Source: a virus
Reading direction: 5' to 3' (one strand)
Length of the DNA: 64,000 nt
Virus record (IMG/VR): IMGVR_UViG_3300029953_000012
Span: 36,201-100,200 of that record
The notes under the pieces are model-generated. The model had not been told where the DNA came from. It did no database searches and saw only the letters and a program-made list of their open reading frames with translations. Position numbers and translations under genes: made by a program. This document shows positions 1 to 10,562 of the stretch, one piece after another (the stretch's first letter is position 1; each line of letters opens with the position of its first letter).

Positions 1-2
1 GT

Positions 3-1151
3 TCTAAAATTAGCAAGCCATATATTTATACTCAGTTTTTCCCACTGCCATTTGACAAGTATATTACTTTTCATTCTGATAACGTAGGAACTGCTAAGAA
101 TTATGATTATATTCAAGATGTTATTAATATTTTATTACCCGTTTTAAATAAAGAAAACATTAAAATCGTTCAACTCGGTGCGGCGACCGATAGACAGTTC
201 TCTAATTGTGTTTCTTTACGTGGTAATACTAGCGTCAATCAAACCGCTTATATCATTCAAAATTCCATGTTGCATTTTGGGGTAGATGGATTTTCTACCC
301 ATATCGCGGCTAGTTTTGATATTCCACTAGTTAGTTTATTTTCTAATAATTTTGTAGGTTGTGATAAACCTTATTTTGGTTCTCCAGAAAAACAAGTTCT
401 GATAACGTCGTATGACCGAACCGAAAGTAAGAAACCTTCATTTGCCAATGACGAAATGCCTAAGAGTATTAATCTTATAAAGCCAGAAGAAATTGCGGCT
501 GCGGTTTTTAAATTACTTAAAATTAATTTCGAAATTCCTTTTGAAACTGTTTTTACAGGTAAAAAATATTCTAATATGATGATTCAGGAATCTTATCCAA
601 ATCACCGCCGCTCCCTATTTAAAGATGATTTATTGGTTGAAATTAGGGCTGATAAGGGTCAATTCAACGAGGAAGATATGTTTTATCAGTTAGCTCAGTA
701 CAAGAAATCCATCCTTGTTCTGGACAAACCCATTAATTTAAATGTCGTTCGTCAATTCCGCCCGCATGTTCAGATGATTGCTTTTAAAATCACCGAGATT
801 GATTATAGGCCATTTCTTTCAGAACTAGAGGCGTTGGGATGTAAATTGATGTTAATTTCAGACCTTCCCACCGAAACCATTAACTCACTCAAGATAAAAT
901 ACTACGATATTGGTATGATTCAGCCATTTAATAATGTTTTGGATGACAAAATTAACGAATTAAAAAAAGATGCGGATAATCTTTATTACCGCTCTTGTAA
1001 AATCACAGCCTCCAAGGATAAATTGTTTTCAAGCCAAGCGGGGGAAGAGAGTGATTTGCCCATGCAGAATCTTGATTCGTATCAAAAAGTTATTGATTTA
1101 CCCGTGTTTTGGAAAGAATTGGATTTTTATACCATCATTCGTAAGAAATAA
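3..1151 (+). CDS. Glycosyltransferase family 9 (heptosyltransferase-like) protein, 5'-truncated by the window edge
   Basis: The frame is open from base 3 (SKISKPYIY...KNYDYIQDVI...IVQLG...LRGNTSVNQTAYIIQNSMLHFGVDGFSTHIAASFDIPLVSLF). This matches the GT9 C-terminal pattern 'l.g.tsl.e.a.li..a.lfiG.DSg..HiAaa...P.v.lf'. The track start at 267 is internal. Confidence 0.75.
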   Translation, partial: SKISKPYIYTQFFPLPFDKYITFHSDNVGTAKNYDYIQDVINILLPVLNKENIKIVQLGAATDRQFSNCVSLRGNTSVNQTAYIIQNSMLHFGVDGFSTHIAASFDIPLVSLFSNNFVGCDKPYFGSPEKQVLITSYDRTESKKPSFANDEMPKSINLIKPEEIAAAVFKLLKINFEIPFETVFTGKKYSNMMIQESYPNHRRSLFKDDLLVEIRADKGQFNEEDMFYQLAQYKKSILVLDKPINLNVVRQFRPHVQMIAFKITEIDYRPFLSELEALGCKLMLISDLPTETINSLKIKYYDIGMIQPFNNVLDDKINELKKDADNLYYRSCKITASKDKLFSSQAGEESDLPMQNLDSYQKVIDLPVFWKELDFYTIIRKK

Positions 1152-1155
1152 ATAC

Positions 1156-1184
1156 TTGACTTTTTCCGAAAAGTGTTATATTCT
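1156..1184 (+). promoter_or_regulatory. sigma70-type promoter, probably giving a leaderless mRNA
   Basis: TTGACT (1156-1161), 17 nt, then TATTCT (1179-1184), with an overlapping TGnTATATT. The ATG is at 1191. Confidence 0.6.
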
Positions 1185-1190
1185 TAATTC

Positions 1191-1988
1191 ATGAGTGAAA
1201 TTGTTTCTGAAACCGTTGCCGAAATTAAACCAGAAGAAGTCGCAACAGATTTTGCCTCGACAGCCATGCCACCAAGATTATTTGCCCGAAATGGTCATGG
1301 TCTTATAAGAGATGGTAGTATTAAATATGTTTATGATTCTGATGGGTTAGTTAACTGGAGGGCTATGATTGACCCAAAATATCTCGCTATTAACAAATCA
1401 AATTTCGAGAAAAGACAACGCCCCATTCCTGATTCTATTATTGGTCTTGAAGACAAAGACCTTCTTATACTTTTGCCCGGAGTAAAAAAACTCTCTCAGG
1501 TCAGGGGATATGACTCAGTTACTTATTCTGTTGTTTCTCCATCAAAAGATTATGTTGTGGCAACGTGTGAAATAAATTGGATTCCTAATTACGAGACAGA
1601 AAACAAGTCAATAAAATTTAGTGCAATTGGTGATGCTAGTCCCGAAAATACCACAAGTTTTGGTAAGAATTATCTTGGCCCTATTGCTGAAAATCGTGCT
1701 TTTGTCCGCGCCGTGAGGAACTTTTTGAAGATTAATATTGTTTCACAAGAAGAATTAGGCCAAAACGCCATGTCCTCAGACTCCAACACTATCGACCCAA
1801 GTCTTGAAAGTATGTTGGCTGTAATGGACGCATTTGGAATTACGTTCGAGAAGATTAAGGCAACTTTAATTAAAGACGGATTCCCTGATGCAGATAAATT
1901 AGAGAGACTATCTGATATTCCTGCTATAACTAGATTTTCCTTGGTCGGTCGCATTAAGAAGAAAGCTAAAGAGAAGGCGGTAAGTTAA
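1191..1988 (+). CDS. Putative Rad52/Sak-like single-strand annealing protein
   Basis: Motif VVATCEI...FSAIGDASPEN...IAENRAFVRAVRNFLKINIVSQEEL resembles the Rad52-fold 'AEtRAk.RAlr.algi..vs.EEl' signature. Confidence 0.5.
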   Translation: MSEIVSETVAEIKPEEVATDFASTAMPPRLFARNGHGLIRDGSIKYVYDSDGLVNWRAMIDPKYLAINKSNFEKRQRPIPDSIIGLEDKDLLILLPGVKKLSQVRGYDSVTYSVVSPSKDYVVATCEINWIPNYETENKSIKFSAIGDASPENTTSFGKNYLGPIAENRAFVRAVRNFLKINIVSQEELGQNAMSSDSNTIDPSLESMLAVMDAFGITFEKIKATLIKDGFPDADKLERLSDIPAITRFSLVGRIKKKAKEKAVS

Positions 1989-1992
1989 TCAT

Positions 1993-2087
1993 AATCTTTC
2001 TGCGCTGCGTAAATATACGTTGGTAGAAGTGTGTTTCTAAAACACTCACAGAAAGAAAATATAAATTTACAAAACATACTTTACGCA
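1993..2087 (-). ncRNA. Putative pseudoknotted structured RNA, copy B (unknown family)
   Basis: The core GTGAGTGTTTTAGAAACACACTTCT (2049-2025) is 22/25 identical to 12311-12335. P1 pairs 2087-2073 with 2021-2006 and P2 pairs 2056-2047 with 2004-1995. G-U pairs indicate the minus strand. Confidence 0.6.
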
Positions 2088-2091
2088 TAGA

Positions 2092-2100
2092 TAATTACGC
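2092..2100 (-). promoter_or_regulatory. Late-promoter motif variant GCGTAATTA driving RNA copy B
   Basis: One mismatch to the recurring GTGTAATTA. It lies 4 nt upstream of the first paired base of the RNA. Confidence 0.5.
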
Positions 2101-2119
2101 ACAAAATTATGTTTGTGAA

Positions 2120-3052
2120 TTAAGATTTTACGAAATATGTCGGGGAATAGTTTATCAAACTCGAAGCTCTTGAAGCTGGAACAGTGACTGGATTCGAGAG
2201 TACAATGAGCGGAATGCAGTTCGTTATACTTTCACGGGCCTTCAACCCAAAGTTTACATCCTCATACTTACAGAAATTAAACGGCAAAGTTGTATTGTTA
2301 TAGAAAGCGTAACCACCGTTCGAGGAATAATAAAACTTGAAATTTGACGACCCATTAAATAAACTAATTAGTGAAGTTGCTTGGTCTGGGAAAATTGAAA
2401 GTTCGAACGCCTCATATTGCAATTTATTTAACTGAATTGAATAATTAGTATTTGTCCCATCTGTCGGTAAAATTGTTTTAATTTCCAACACGCTGGCTCC
2501 GTTGCTGTTTACGATGTAAGGATTACTGTTCAAGCCTTGATTATGCCATCCTTGATAATATCCAATGGCGGAACTATTAGCATCCCAAATATTGCATTGC
2601 GAACTAAAAAATGCGTTCTGATTCAATAAATAATAAAAATCATCATCCTTAATTAATTTAACCTTAATTTTCTCACCGAGTTGGTATGGATTATTGATTG
2701 GTGCGATGGCGTTGACCGAGTAGTTGACCGCTGTTCCAACATTAGTGTTTAGGTTTGCGTCTACCCTCTGTTGTGTCGCTGGGTTATTCTGCCAACCGCC
2801 CTGATAATTTATCCAAAGTGATTCTGGCCTCTTCACAACGATAACCATGTTTTTGTACTTATCACTCGTTAAAACGCGGTTGGAGGATTCCAATTTGCAG
2901 ATAACATATCTACTTAACAAATCCGCCTGATAGTCTTCTTGAAGACCGGGGTCGCCGTAATTAGCAATAACGGTTGCGTCATAAATAGCGTCTTTGGATT
3001 CCAAATTTCTATTCGTTGTAGTAAGATAATTAAATGTTGTATCGGTTGCCAT
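2120..3052 (-). CDS. Hypothetical virion (tail-tip) protein
   Basis: 310-aa ORF, last gene of the tail operon, rich in N/Y/S. Confidence 0.6.
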   Translation of the reverse strand: MATDTTFNYLTTTNRNLESKDAIYDATVIANYGDPGLQEDYQADLLSRYVICKLESSNRVLTSDKYKNMVIVVKRPESLWINYQGGWQNNPATQQRVDANLNTNVGTAVNYSVNAIAPINNPYQLGEKIKVKLIKDDDFYYLLNQNAFFSSQCNIWDANSSAIGYYQGWHNQGLNSNPYIVNSNGASVLEIKTILPTDGTNTNYSIQLNKLQYEAFELSIFPDQATSLISLFNGSSNFKFYYSSNGGYAFYNNTTLPFNFCKYEDVNFGLKARESITNCIPLIVLSNPVTVPASRASSLINYSPTYFVKS

Positions 3053-3054
3053 AA

Positions 3055-5025
3055 TTAAAATGTAATAATATTATCTACAGTGCCTCCGTCATAACTTCCT
3101 TGATAGGTTGAGTCTAATGGGTCTGTGTTCAAGATGTATGATAGGTCTGTCAAAGGAAAATACGAAATAACAGGAGAGGAATAAGGTAGCAATGCCCCAG
3201 TATTTAAATTAAATGACCTAGTTTGGTAAATGACTTGTTGGTTTGTGATTGTTTGAGAACCTCCAGAAATGATAACTGTTAATAGTCCAGAAACAGCCGA
3301 TGTATTATCAAGACCAGAACAGTTTATTTGAATCCCCATGTTTCCGTCCCCATAAAGACCAATTCCAGTTCCTGAGTAATATCCGGTATAATCAGTTAAT
3401 ACTTGATTTCCGCTTCCTAGATTAAAAGAAATGTCCCAAAATTGGTCAAACTGATAAAGCCCAGTTGTTTTATATAAAAATAAACCACTAGCATCATTTT
3501 CACTACCTTCAACATAAATAATTCCACCCATTAAATCATATACTATACCTCCAGTGAGGTCATAAAGAGGCTGAAGACCCAAACTATCTCCAGTCGCCCT
3601 CAGAAAACTAACATTAGGAGGGTATCCCGTTGAATATCCAAACCCTATATTTGTTATTTCAAGACCCGTCACATAATAAAGGGTACCATCAAAATAAGTC
3701 TGGACAAGACCCGTAAGCCCTGCTGCTTGAGCATAAACAGCCCCAAGACCGTTTGCGAATTTGAATTGCGCGGTTTGATATCCCGATAAATCAGGAACGC
3801 TGTAGCAGCCTCCTCCGGTTCCAAGAATAAAATTTGGGGGTTGTTGATACCCTTTTCCGCTAGAAATCCCAAAAAAGCCGCTTACGACCATAAAATTTGC
3901 TATACCAGTATTATAAATACCGCTTAAAAGAACAGGTTTTAGATATAAAATACCACTTGCTCCTGAAATTGGGCTTCCTCCAGTAAAAGAAACCGGAATT
4001 GTACCCGTACACCCAGAACTGAAAAGAAAACTCTGTAATTGATTTTGAATACCCGTTACATAATAATATTGTGAAAATTCTGCCGTCGGTGGAACAGCGT
4101 ATTCTCCAGAAGCCATTATATTAACTCCAGTTATATATTGAGATAAATATACACCAGTTTCAATTGGGTTAAGGGGTTGAAATACAATACTTAATAACGA
4201 ATTATTAGATATTCCAATATAGGTATGATTGCTGTATTTATAACCCAAATTATAGTTCAACGGATTATCTACATAAACAAATTGATTGCCGCTCCAATAT
4301 CCATTAAATAAAGACGTTTGAGTATAAACGTTTTCGGTAGACGGCGTTAATAATAAAATAGATTGGCTAAGTACGCCTCCGCGATAAGAACTTGAATTAA
4401 CCCCAATATTACCAAAAGTTGTTGGTAAAGAAATGTAAAAATTATTTTGGTATTCAAATAAAGATGGGTCAGCATCTGGCAAAAGGAGATAATTATTACC
4501 GGAATTCGCCACAAGCCCAGTATTATAATTATTGGTTAGCAATGTCTGATTAGAACTTAAAAACTGCAAACTAGGAGGATTTATTGGGAAAACCGTATCG
4601 GAAATGAGAGTCCCAGTTAAAGTCTGGTAATATTCATAGACTGGGTTAAAAGTTAAAGAATAATTTATTTGTTGTGAAGATAAACTCAAATCACATACGA
4701 CATTTGAAGAATTAGCTTGTATAGTTACCTGATTTAACTTTGTAAATGATATATTTTCTTGACCAAAAATACCATTAACTAAATAATTTAAAACTCCACT
4801 TTGATAATACCCAGAGATAGAATTTGCATCTATGGTATTATATGTGCAGACTGGACTTTTTGCAGATAATATACCACCAGAAAAGATAAAAGAAAACACT
4901 CCGCTACCTGTATCATAAAAATTAAAATTTATAATACCAGTATCTGAGACCCTTATCCCAGTGAGACAAAAACTAAAATGACTCACTTGAGGTAAAAATA
5001 CCGAACTTGTTCCCGTAAACTGCAT
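3055..5025 (-). CDS. Ser-Gly/Thr-Gly-rich tail-tip/baseplate protein
   Basis: Start revised to MQFTG at 5025, 1 nt after the upstream TAA. It contains 'V.I...G.GY..pP.v.f' repeats typical of phage tail-tip proteins. Confidence 0.65.
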   Translation of the reverse strand: MQFTGTSSVFLPQVSHFSFCLTGIRVSDTGIINFNFYDTGSGVFSFIFSGGILSAKSPVCTYNTIDANSISGYYQSGVLNYLVNGIFGQENISFTKLNQVTIQANSSNVVCDLSLSSQQINYSLTFNPVYEYYQTLTGTLISDTVFPINPPSLQFLSSNQTLLTNNYNTGLVANSGNNYLLLPDADPSLFEYQNNFYISLPTTFGNIGVNSSSYRGGVLSQSILLLTPSTENVYTQTSLFNGYWSGNQFVYVDNPLNYNLGYKYSNHTYIGISNNSLLSIVFQPLNPIETGVYLSQYITGVNIMASGEYAVPPTAEFSQYYYVTGIQNQLQSFLFSSGCTGTIPVSFTGGSPISGASGILYLKPVLLSGIYNTGIANFMVVSGFFGISSGKGYQQPPNFILGTGGGCYSVPDLSGYQTAQFKFANGLGAVYAQAAGLTGLVQTYFDGTLYYVTGLEITNIGFGYSTGYPPNVSFLRATGDSLGLQPLYDLTGGIVYDLMGGIIYVEGSENDASGLFLYKTTGLYQFDQFWDISFNLGSGNQVLTDYTGYYSGTGIGLYGDGNMGIQINCSGLDNTSAVSGLLTVIISGGSQTITNQQVIYQTRSFNLNTGALLPYSSPVISYFPLTDLSYILNTDPLDSTYQGSYDGGTVDNIITF

Positions 5026-5026
5026 T

Positions 5027-8000
5027 TTAGTTGTATGTTCCTTTGATTCTTGCCCCAATTTTATTAAGGATAGTCTCTGGTTTTGGTAAAACTTTCGGTC
5101 TATCTGCAAAAATCAAGTCTGTTTTTACTCCATTATCAGATACACTTAACGTAAGGGACTGTAGTCCAGCAGCCGGTGTTAAATAATTAATAAATGCCCC
5201 AAACTGACTAGGAGGACCAGCCAAAGTTAAACTAACCTCCTTAGTGGGTGTAGTTAAATTGTAGTTGTTGAGATTTTTAACATATTCATAATATGCATCT
5301 GGCGTATTAATAATACTACTTCCTGTCCCATCCAAAACCGTTATATAGGGTCTGATTTGACTAGTTAATGGGTCAAGAATTGGGTCTAGTAGATTATCTA
5401 CGGTATTTTGGACAAACTTAAACGAAGAAGTATTATTTCCTGTTTGGTTAACTGGTGTACCAAATACTTGAGCAAAAGCTGGAATACGAAATTCAGTTGT
5501 TATATCTGATGTCATAATCCCAGAATAATTAGCAATACCACTTGGAAAAGATTGTATCGGATATACGATTTGATTAAAAACAGTAGTATTATCTAACACT
5601 AAATTACCCAAATTCAAATCGGCATAATAATAGTCTCCATTTTCATCAAAAGTCGGATAGATGTTTCGATTAGGATTTTTGGTTATTGTAATGTCAAGGC
5701 ATCTCGAATTTATACCATAAATAACACCAGTATTAAAACCTTCTAACATTATGTTATTTTTATCTTCTATAATAACGCATCCAGTTTGTTGGGTTGTTAA
5801 AGGAGGATTAAATATCTGACTAAATCCAGAAGCCCCAGATTGAATATTTCTACACATTTCATCTAATAAAGAAATAGAACAAATACTTGGTGTTTCTGTT
5901 GTATCTTTCCTATATTGGGCCTCAAATAATTTCTGGGTATAAGCCTGAAGCACCTGATTGTTATTTACGCTAACTGGTTGGGGGGCAAAAACTAATTCTA
6001 TGTTAGGGTGATTTAATGTATCTGGAATAATTATGAGATGTAATTTCTTACATTCTTTTTTCTCAATAAAATGAAGGGTAGTATAAGTTGTCCAAATTTG
6101 GTCTGCGATGCCAGAAAAATTAACCGCATCACTTTGAATAAATTCTGCTACACTGGATAGGTCTGCAATAACTTTTGGTTTAAAATAATCTAGTTTCCAA
6201 TCTTGTAATGTAGCATTGGTATCTGTTAAAATTTTAGAAACGCTCGGGTCCAAAGAATAATTATCAGCACATGGGTCTCCTAAATTATAAGATAAACCAG
6301 CTTGAAAATAAATAGGTAAAGTTCCCCAACGATTATCTAATGTCGAACTCCATAATCCGGTTGGTAATCTACCGGGATAATCAGAATATCCCGGTGGAAT
6401 AAATGGAAAATATTTATTGCTTCCACTATAATAAACACCTGATGAACCCGGAGTGACAACATAGCCAGAGTATAACATTACATCAACGTATGGAGTATGT
6501 CTAACATCCAAATAGCGTTGGGTTTCTGGAATAAAAGAACTCTGTATCCTATTGTAAACTAGTCCACTTGCGCCATAAAATCCAGCCGTAGGAGAAATAT
6601 CGGTTAAAGTATCTATTGATGAAAATGGAGCTTCTATTAGTGGTCCCTGTGTAATAACTCCGTATTTATACATAGCTTCAGCAGCTATTTTTTCCCAAGT
6701 AGTTATATCGGATTTCAAATCCTCGTAATAATACCCCAAAAATACACGGAAATATTTCTGGTCACTATTGATATTAGCAATTCCATCGTGTTCTGCGTCT
6801 TTAAAATTTTCAAGGACAATATTTGTTTTAAGTTCTGAATCTGTGATTTCCATTATTGGGAACAGACCCAAGGCTGCAAAGTTCGCACGACAATATGCAT
6901 TTTCCAAAGGCCAAAAAGTGTCGGCGGTATTATCGGATGGTGTCCAGTTAATTTGGGTAGTAGCAACCCCGTCTAAATCCCAAGCATTAAATAAACATCT
7001 TTGAGCAACAAATAATTCCCTTAATGTTTCATCAAAGTTACTTAAAGCAATCGCTGCGTCCAAATCACTATAACTTCTACCATCCAATCTAGCAAAATTG
7101 GCAAAATATCCATCAGTGAACCAACTTGAGCCTTGTGCATCTACCCCAGAATCAAACCATGGAATTTCTAATCCAGTTCTTTGAAATGGTGTTCCATAAA
7201 TATTAATATCATTAACCATCCCGGTATAAATCTGATTTAATGAACAAGGATGAAGAGGAGTAATACCCACAAATTTTTTAACGCTTTTCTCTACCGTCTT
7301 TTCTGTTACCGGATAACTATTGTCACAAATAACAGACTGAATAAAAGTATTATCCAGAGATGTTTTTGATTTAAAATTTAATATAGCTGTATTGCCTCCA
7401 CTAGTTATACTGCCAGAAGAATTAATTTCAAAATATTGACCAACCGAACTAGTCGGGTCGGCGATTTGAGTTATAGCCGTTATATCAATTGGATTTTGAA
7501 GATTTATACCCACAAAAGTTCTTCCGCTGGTATAGAAGGTGTATGCTAAGTCAGACATCCAACTTTGTAAAACTTCTCTCAGGCTACCATTATAACTAGT
7601 TCTATAAACATAATCTGAATCTCCCGTGCCCGATGGAAAACTTCCCGCGAATTGAATGCCGTTTAATCTCAACGCCGAAATAAGTTCAATAAAACTATAA
7701 TTAATATTTGGAGCCGAATTACATCTTTCTTCCGTGGCGGCATCTGTTCCTAAAATAAGATATCCTCCATTTAAGTCAAATTGATTTAATACTTGTCCAT
7801 TTTGAGCCGGTATAATAATGTTTTGTTCCCACGTATTAAAAACATTGGTCGGAGTGTAATAAACGTTTTGCATTAAGTCAAAAGTATTTCCATTATTACC
7901 AGCATAACACGCGAAATTAATGTCTCGATAAGCAAATCCCGTTCCGGTGAATGCAGAACCAGTATATTCACAACTTAAACAGGATACTGGAAGTTGTAAT

Positions 8001-8455
8001 TGACAACTAACGGAATGTGGATATGTATAACCCTGTTTCCTAAAAAGACCCACATATATTTTATCCAAAAGAACAGAATAATCTTTAAAAGTTACATTAA
8101 GAATCTTCTGTCCGGCCTCTATTGCAAAGTCATATGAGTATAGAAGGAAGTTCTTCAACTCAAACCCATCTAAATTAATATCAAACCATATTTCATTAGA
8201 CAATCCTCCTACACCTCCGTCGCAATGCAAATCCGTCTCTCGGATATCAAAGTATGCTGCCGATTGAGAAAATGTGGAGGTTTCTAAAACACAACTTATC
8301 GTAATTTCTGTGGGTTTCTGGTCGAATCCAAGAGTTGTAGATGCGTTATAAATCCAAGAATTAAAGGCTTGGGATGGTACCCAGTTCTGTGCGACAAATC
8401 TGTTATTACCACCTTGTGGTGTTATAGTTATTCCTTTTAATATTTGAATGGACAT
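5027..8455 (-). CDS. Large tail-tip/baseplate hub-like protein
   Basis: 1142 aa, downstream of the tape measure. The pattern 'YNGSLREVLQSWMSDLAYTFY' resembles hub (Tal/gp27-like) proteins. Confidence 0.5.
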   Translation of the reverse strand: MSIQILKGITITPQGGNNRFVAQNWVPSQAFNSWIYNASTTLGFDQKPTEITISCVLETSTFSQSAAYFDIRETDLHCDGGVGGLSNEIWFDINLDGFELKNFLLYSYDFAIEAGQKILNVTFKDYSVLLDKIYVGLFRKQGYTYPHSVSCQLQLPVSCLSCEYTGSAFTGTGFAYRDINFACYAGNNGNTFDLMQNVYYTPTNVFNTWEQNIIIPAQNGQVLNQFDLNGGYLILGTDAATEERCNSAPNINYSFIELISALRLNGIQFAGSFPSGTGDSDYVYRTSYNGSLREVLQSWMSDLAYTFYTSGRTFVGINLQNPIDITAITQIADPTSSVGQYFEINSSGSITSGGNTAILNFKSKTSLDNTFIQSVICDNSYPVTEKTVEKSVKKFVGITPLHPCSLNQIYTGMVNDINIYGTPFQRTGLEIPWFDSGVDAQGSSWFTDGYFANFARLDGRSYSDLDAAIALSNFDETLRELFVAQRCLFNAWDLDGVATTQINWTPSDNTADTFWPLENAYCRANFAALGLFPIMEITDSELKTNIVLENFKDAEHDGIANINSDQKYFRVFLGYYYEDLKSDITTWEKIAAEAMYKYGVITQGPLIEAPFSSIDTLTDISPTAGFYGASGLVYNRIQSSFIPETQRYLDVRHTPYVDVMLYSGYVVTPGSSGVYYSGSNKYFPFIPPGYSDYPGRLPTGLWSSTLDNRWGTLPIYFQAGLSYNLGDPCADNYSLDPSVSKILTDTNATLQDWKLDYFKPKVIADLSSVAEFIQSDAVNFSGIADQIWTTYTTLHFIEKKECKKLHLIIIPDTLNHPNIELVFAPQPVSVNNNQVLQAYTQKLFEAQYRKDTTETPSICSISLLDEMCRNIQSGASGFSQIFNPPLTTQQTGCVIIEDKNNIMLEGFNTGVIYGINSRCLDITITKNPNRNIYPTFDENGDYYYADLNLGNLVLDNTTVFNQIVYPIQSFPSGIANYSGIMTSDITTEFRIPAFAQVFGTPVNQTGNNTSSFKFVQNTVDNLLDPILDPLTSQIRPYITVLDGTGSSIINTPDAYYEYVKNLNNYNLTTPTKEVSLTLAGPPSQFGAFINYLTPAAGLQSLTLSVSDNGVKTDLIFADRPKVLPKPETILNKIGARIKGTYN

Positions 8456-8474
8456 AAATTTTATTTATATATTA

Positions 8475-10535
8475 TTATATAAAAAAACCAACAGAATCAG
8501 TTGCTGTATTATATAGACTGAAAGCAAATTGCGGGTCAACGTAATTCCCGCTGCACGTTCTGCATCTTGGGTATTGAAAATAATCTAATCCTTTATATTG
8601 TCTTAAGCCGTTTATCCACACTTGAGAACTAAAACCCGACACCCCGCTAATATAAGAACCACTTCCAGAAAATTCAACAAAAGTTCTAATTAAACCTAAA
8701 TATTGAGGAATGAACTTGATTTCCAAAAAATCTCCTGAAGGGTCATTTATATCGCCTAAATCATTGCCAGAAACTGAAATATAAGATGAATTTGTGAAAA
8801 AGGTATATATTGGACCATTAAATTCAAATCCTGTTTCTGTCCATTGACCCGTCGGAACAGAACTTGGTACTCCAGAAGCTGTATAAAGTGTTGAAAATGC
8901 AGTATAAATCCATTCAGAACCATTATAAGTTATACTTCCAGCGTTATTAGAAGCTTCATATTCCAATGAACCACCAACTCCTGTTCCGTTTATATAGTAA
9001 GTTCCATTAAACGCTGCTGAACCACCAACGCCTCCGCTTACATTTAGAATATTTTGACTCTGGACTGAATAGTTCAATCCACTAGCCATTTTTTGCCCAT
9101 TTAAATATATATCTGAAGCAAAATTAGCAAGAGACATACCACTAACGCCCGTTATATTAACAAAATTACTACCTGTAGTACCAGTTTGGATATATCCGGT
9201 ATTATACGGCATGGTGTAAGTGGCTGGATAAATATCATACTGTAAAATATCATTTCCATCAAACCCTATAATTAAATTATTAAATGCCACACTAAAATCT
9301 ACTCCGCTTGTTTCTGCCAAGCCGTTGCCATAAATTTGGACCACTGAATTCGAACTGGGATATTGAAGATTAGTTGGTTGGAAACCGACATTAGTGTTAA
9401 ATGGAGAATAGGTATAAATTTCTACTATATCACCAGAAGTAAAACCTTGAGGGAAATAATAATCAAATAAAATTCCACTTGCTGCTTGAGTAGAATTATA
9501 TCCAAAAGAAATTCCGCTATTATATACCGTCCCACTTATTATTTCAGATAATGGAATTAATACTTTACCCACTTGTATTAAACCAGAAATACCAGAATCT
9601 ACATAAACATATCCTGTCCCACCACCAACCAATGGATAAGGAGTTTGGACTTGAGTTGTTGAAATTAACCCACTTTCATAAATTCCTGACCAAATTGAGC
9701 CAGTAATTTGGGTTTCTGTGTAATTAATAGGCGTGGAAGTGGTAACATAGCCAGTGACAAAAGCGCAATTAATACAACCACCCATGAAACTGTTATTTAA
9801 TAAACCGCTAAATAAGTAGGCTTCGTTTATTTTACCAGAATAACCAGTAAGACTTGTGGAATAAGATAATGCTCCTCCAATTGTCAAATCAACAACATTT
9901 ATAATTTGACTTCCTTCGTCATAGCCCTTAGAATAAAAAATATTGTCAGCGACACTAAATAATCCAAAATTTACAAATCTATTTCCTAAAACACTAAAAT
10001 AAGCGAAATCTCCAAACCCAATCTCTTTTGTAATCGTGTAAGCATAATCTGGTGTTTGTAAAAATAATCTATTAGATGGCGTTATGCCTAATATGGCACC
10101 AGAAACAGAACTTGTTTGAATTAATAATTGATTTTTGGTTCCGGTATAATTACATCCACTATAACCGAGATAAAGAATTATCGAAAAATCCTCGGTAAAA
10201 ATATCGGAAATTTGGTAAAAGTAATTTCCGGTTAGGTTTCCGCTTGTTTGAGAACCCACTCCATTGTATATCATTGGCAGGGCATCATTGTAAGGGAAAG
10301 ATGTGGAAGATGAAGATGAGTCATCTAAAACACTTCCACCAGCATCAGTAATAGGAGAATCTTCTGGGTCGTAAATTTGATTGCCGCTACTAAACACAAA
10401 ATAATGATAGCCCGTTGGATAAATTTGGTTCCAGACAATCAAACTATCTCCGCTAGAAAAGTCGTATAGACCCAACGCTGTGCCAGTGTTGATTCCTGTA
10501 GCCCCTAAACAATTTATAAATGGGAGAAATTTCAT
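8475..10535 (-). CDS. Virion protein with a LamG/concanavalin-like N-terminal domain
   Basis: 'LTIGG...YSGKINEAYLFSGLL' is LamG-like. Repeated 'IYxNG...GxDY' modules follow. Confidence 0.55.
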   Translation of the reverse strand: MKFLPFINCLGATGINTGTALGLYDFSSGDSLIVWNQIYPTGYHYFVFSSGNQIYDPEDSPITDAGGSVLDDSSSSSTSFPYNDALPMIYNGVGSQTSGNLTGNYFYQISDIFTEDFSIILYLGYSGCNYTGTKNQLLIQTSSVSGAILGITPSNRLFLQTPDYAYTITKEIGFGDFAYFSVLGNRFVNFGLFSVADNIFYSKGYDEGSQIINVVDLTIGGALSYSTSLTGYSGKINEAYLFSGLLNNSFMGGCINCAFVTGYVTTSTPINYTETQITGSIWSGIYESGLISTTQVQTPYPLVGGGTGYVYVDSGISGLIQVGKVLIPLSEIISGTVYNSGISFGYNSTQAASGILFDYYFPQGFTSGDIVEIYTYSPFNTNVGFQPTNLQYPSSNSVVQIYGNGLAETSGVDFSVAFNNLIIGFDGNDILQYDIYPATYTMPYNTGYIQTGTTGSNFVNITGVSGMSLANFASDIYLNGQKMASGLNYSVQSQNILNVSGGVGGSAAFNGTYYINGTGVGGSLEYEASNNAGSITYNGSEWIYTAFSTLYTASGVPSSVPTGQWTETGFEFNGPIYTFFTNSSYISVSGNDLGDINDPSGDFLEIKFIPQYLGLIRTFVEFSGSGSYISGVSGFSSQVWINGLRQYKGLDYFQYPRCRTCSGNYVDPQFAFSLYNTATDSVGFFI

Positions 10536-10552
10536 TTACCGTTTTCCTACTG

Positions 10553-10561
10553 TAATTACAC
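10553..10561 (-). promoter_or_regulatory. Late-promoter motif GTGTAATTA
   Basis: Exact copy, intergenic, 17 nt upstream of the ATG at 10535. Confidence 0.7.
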
Positions 10562-10562
10562 A

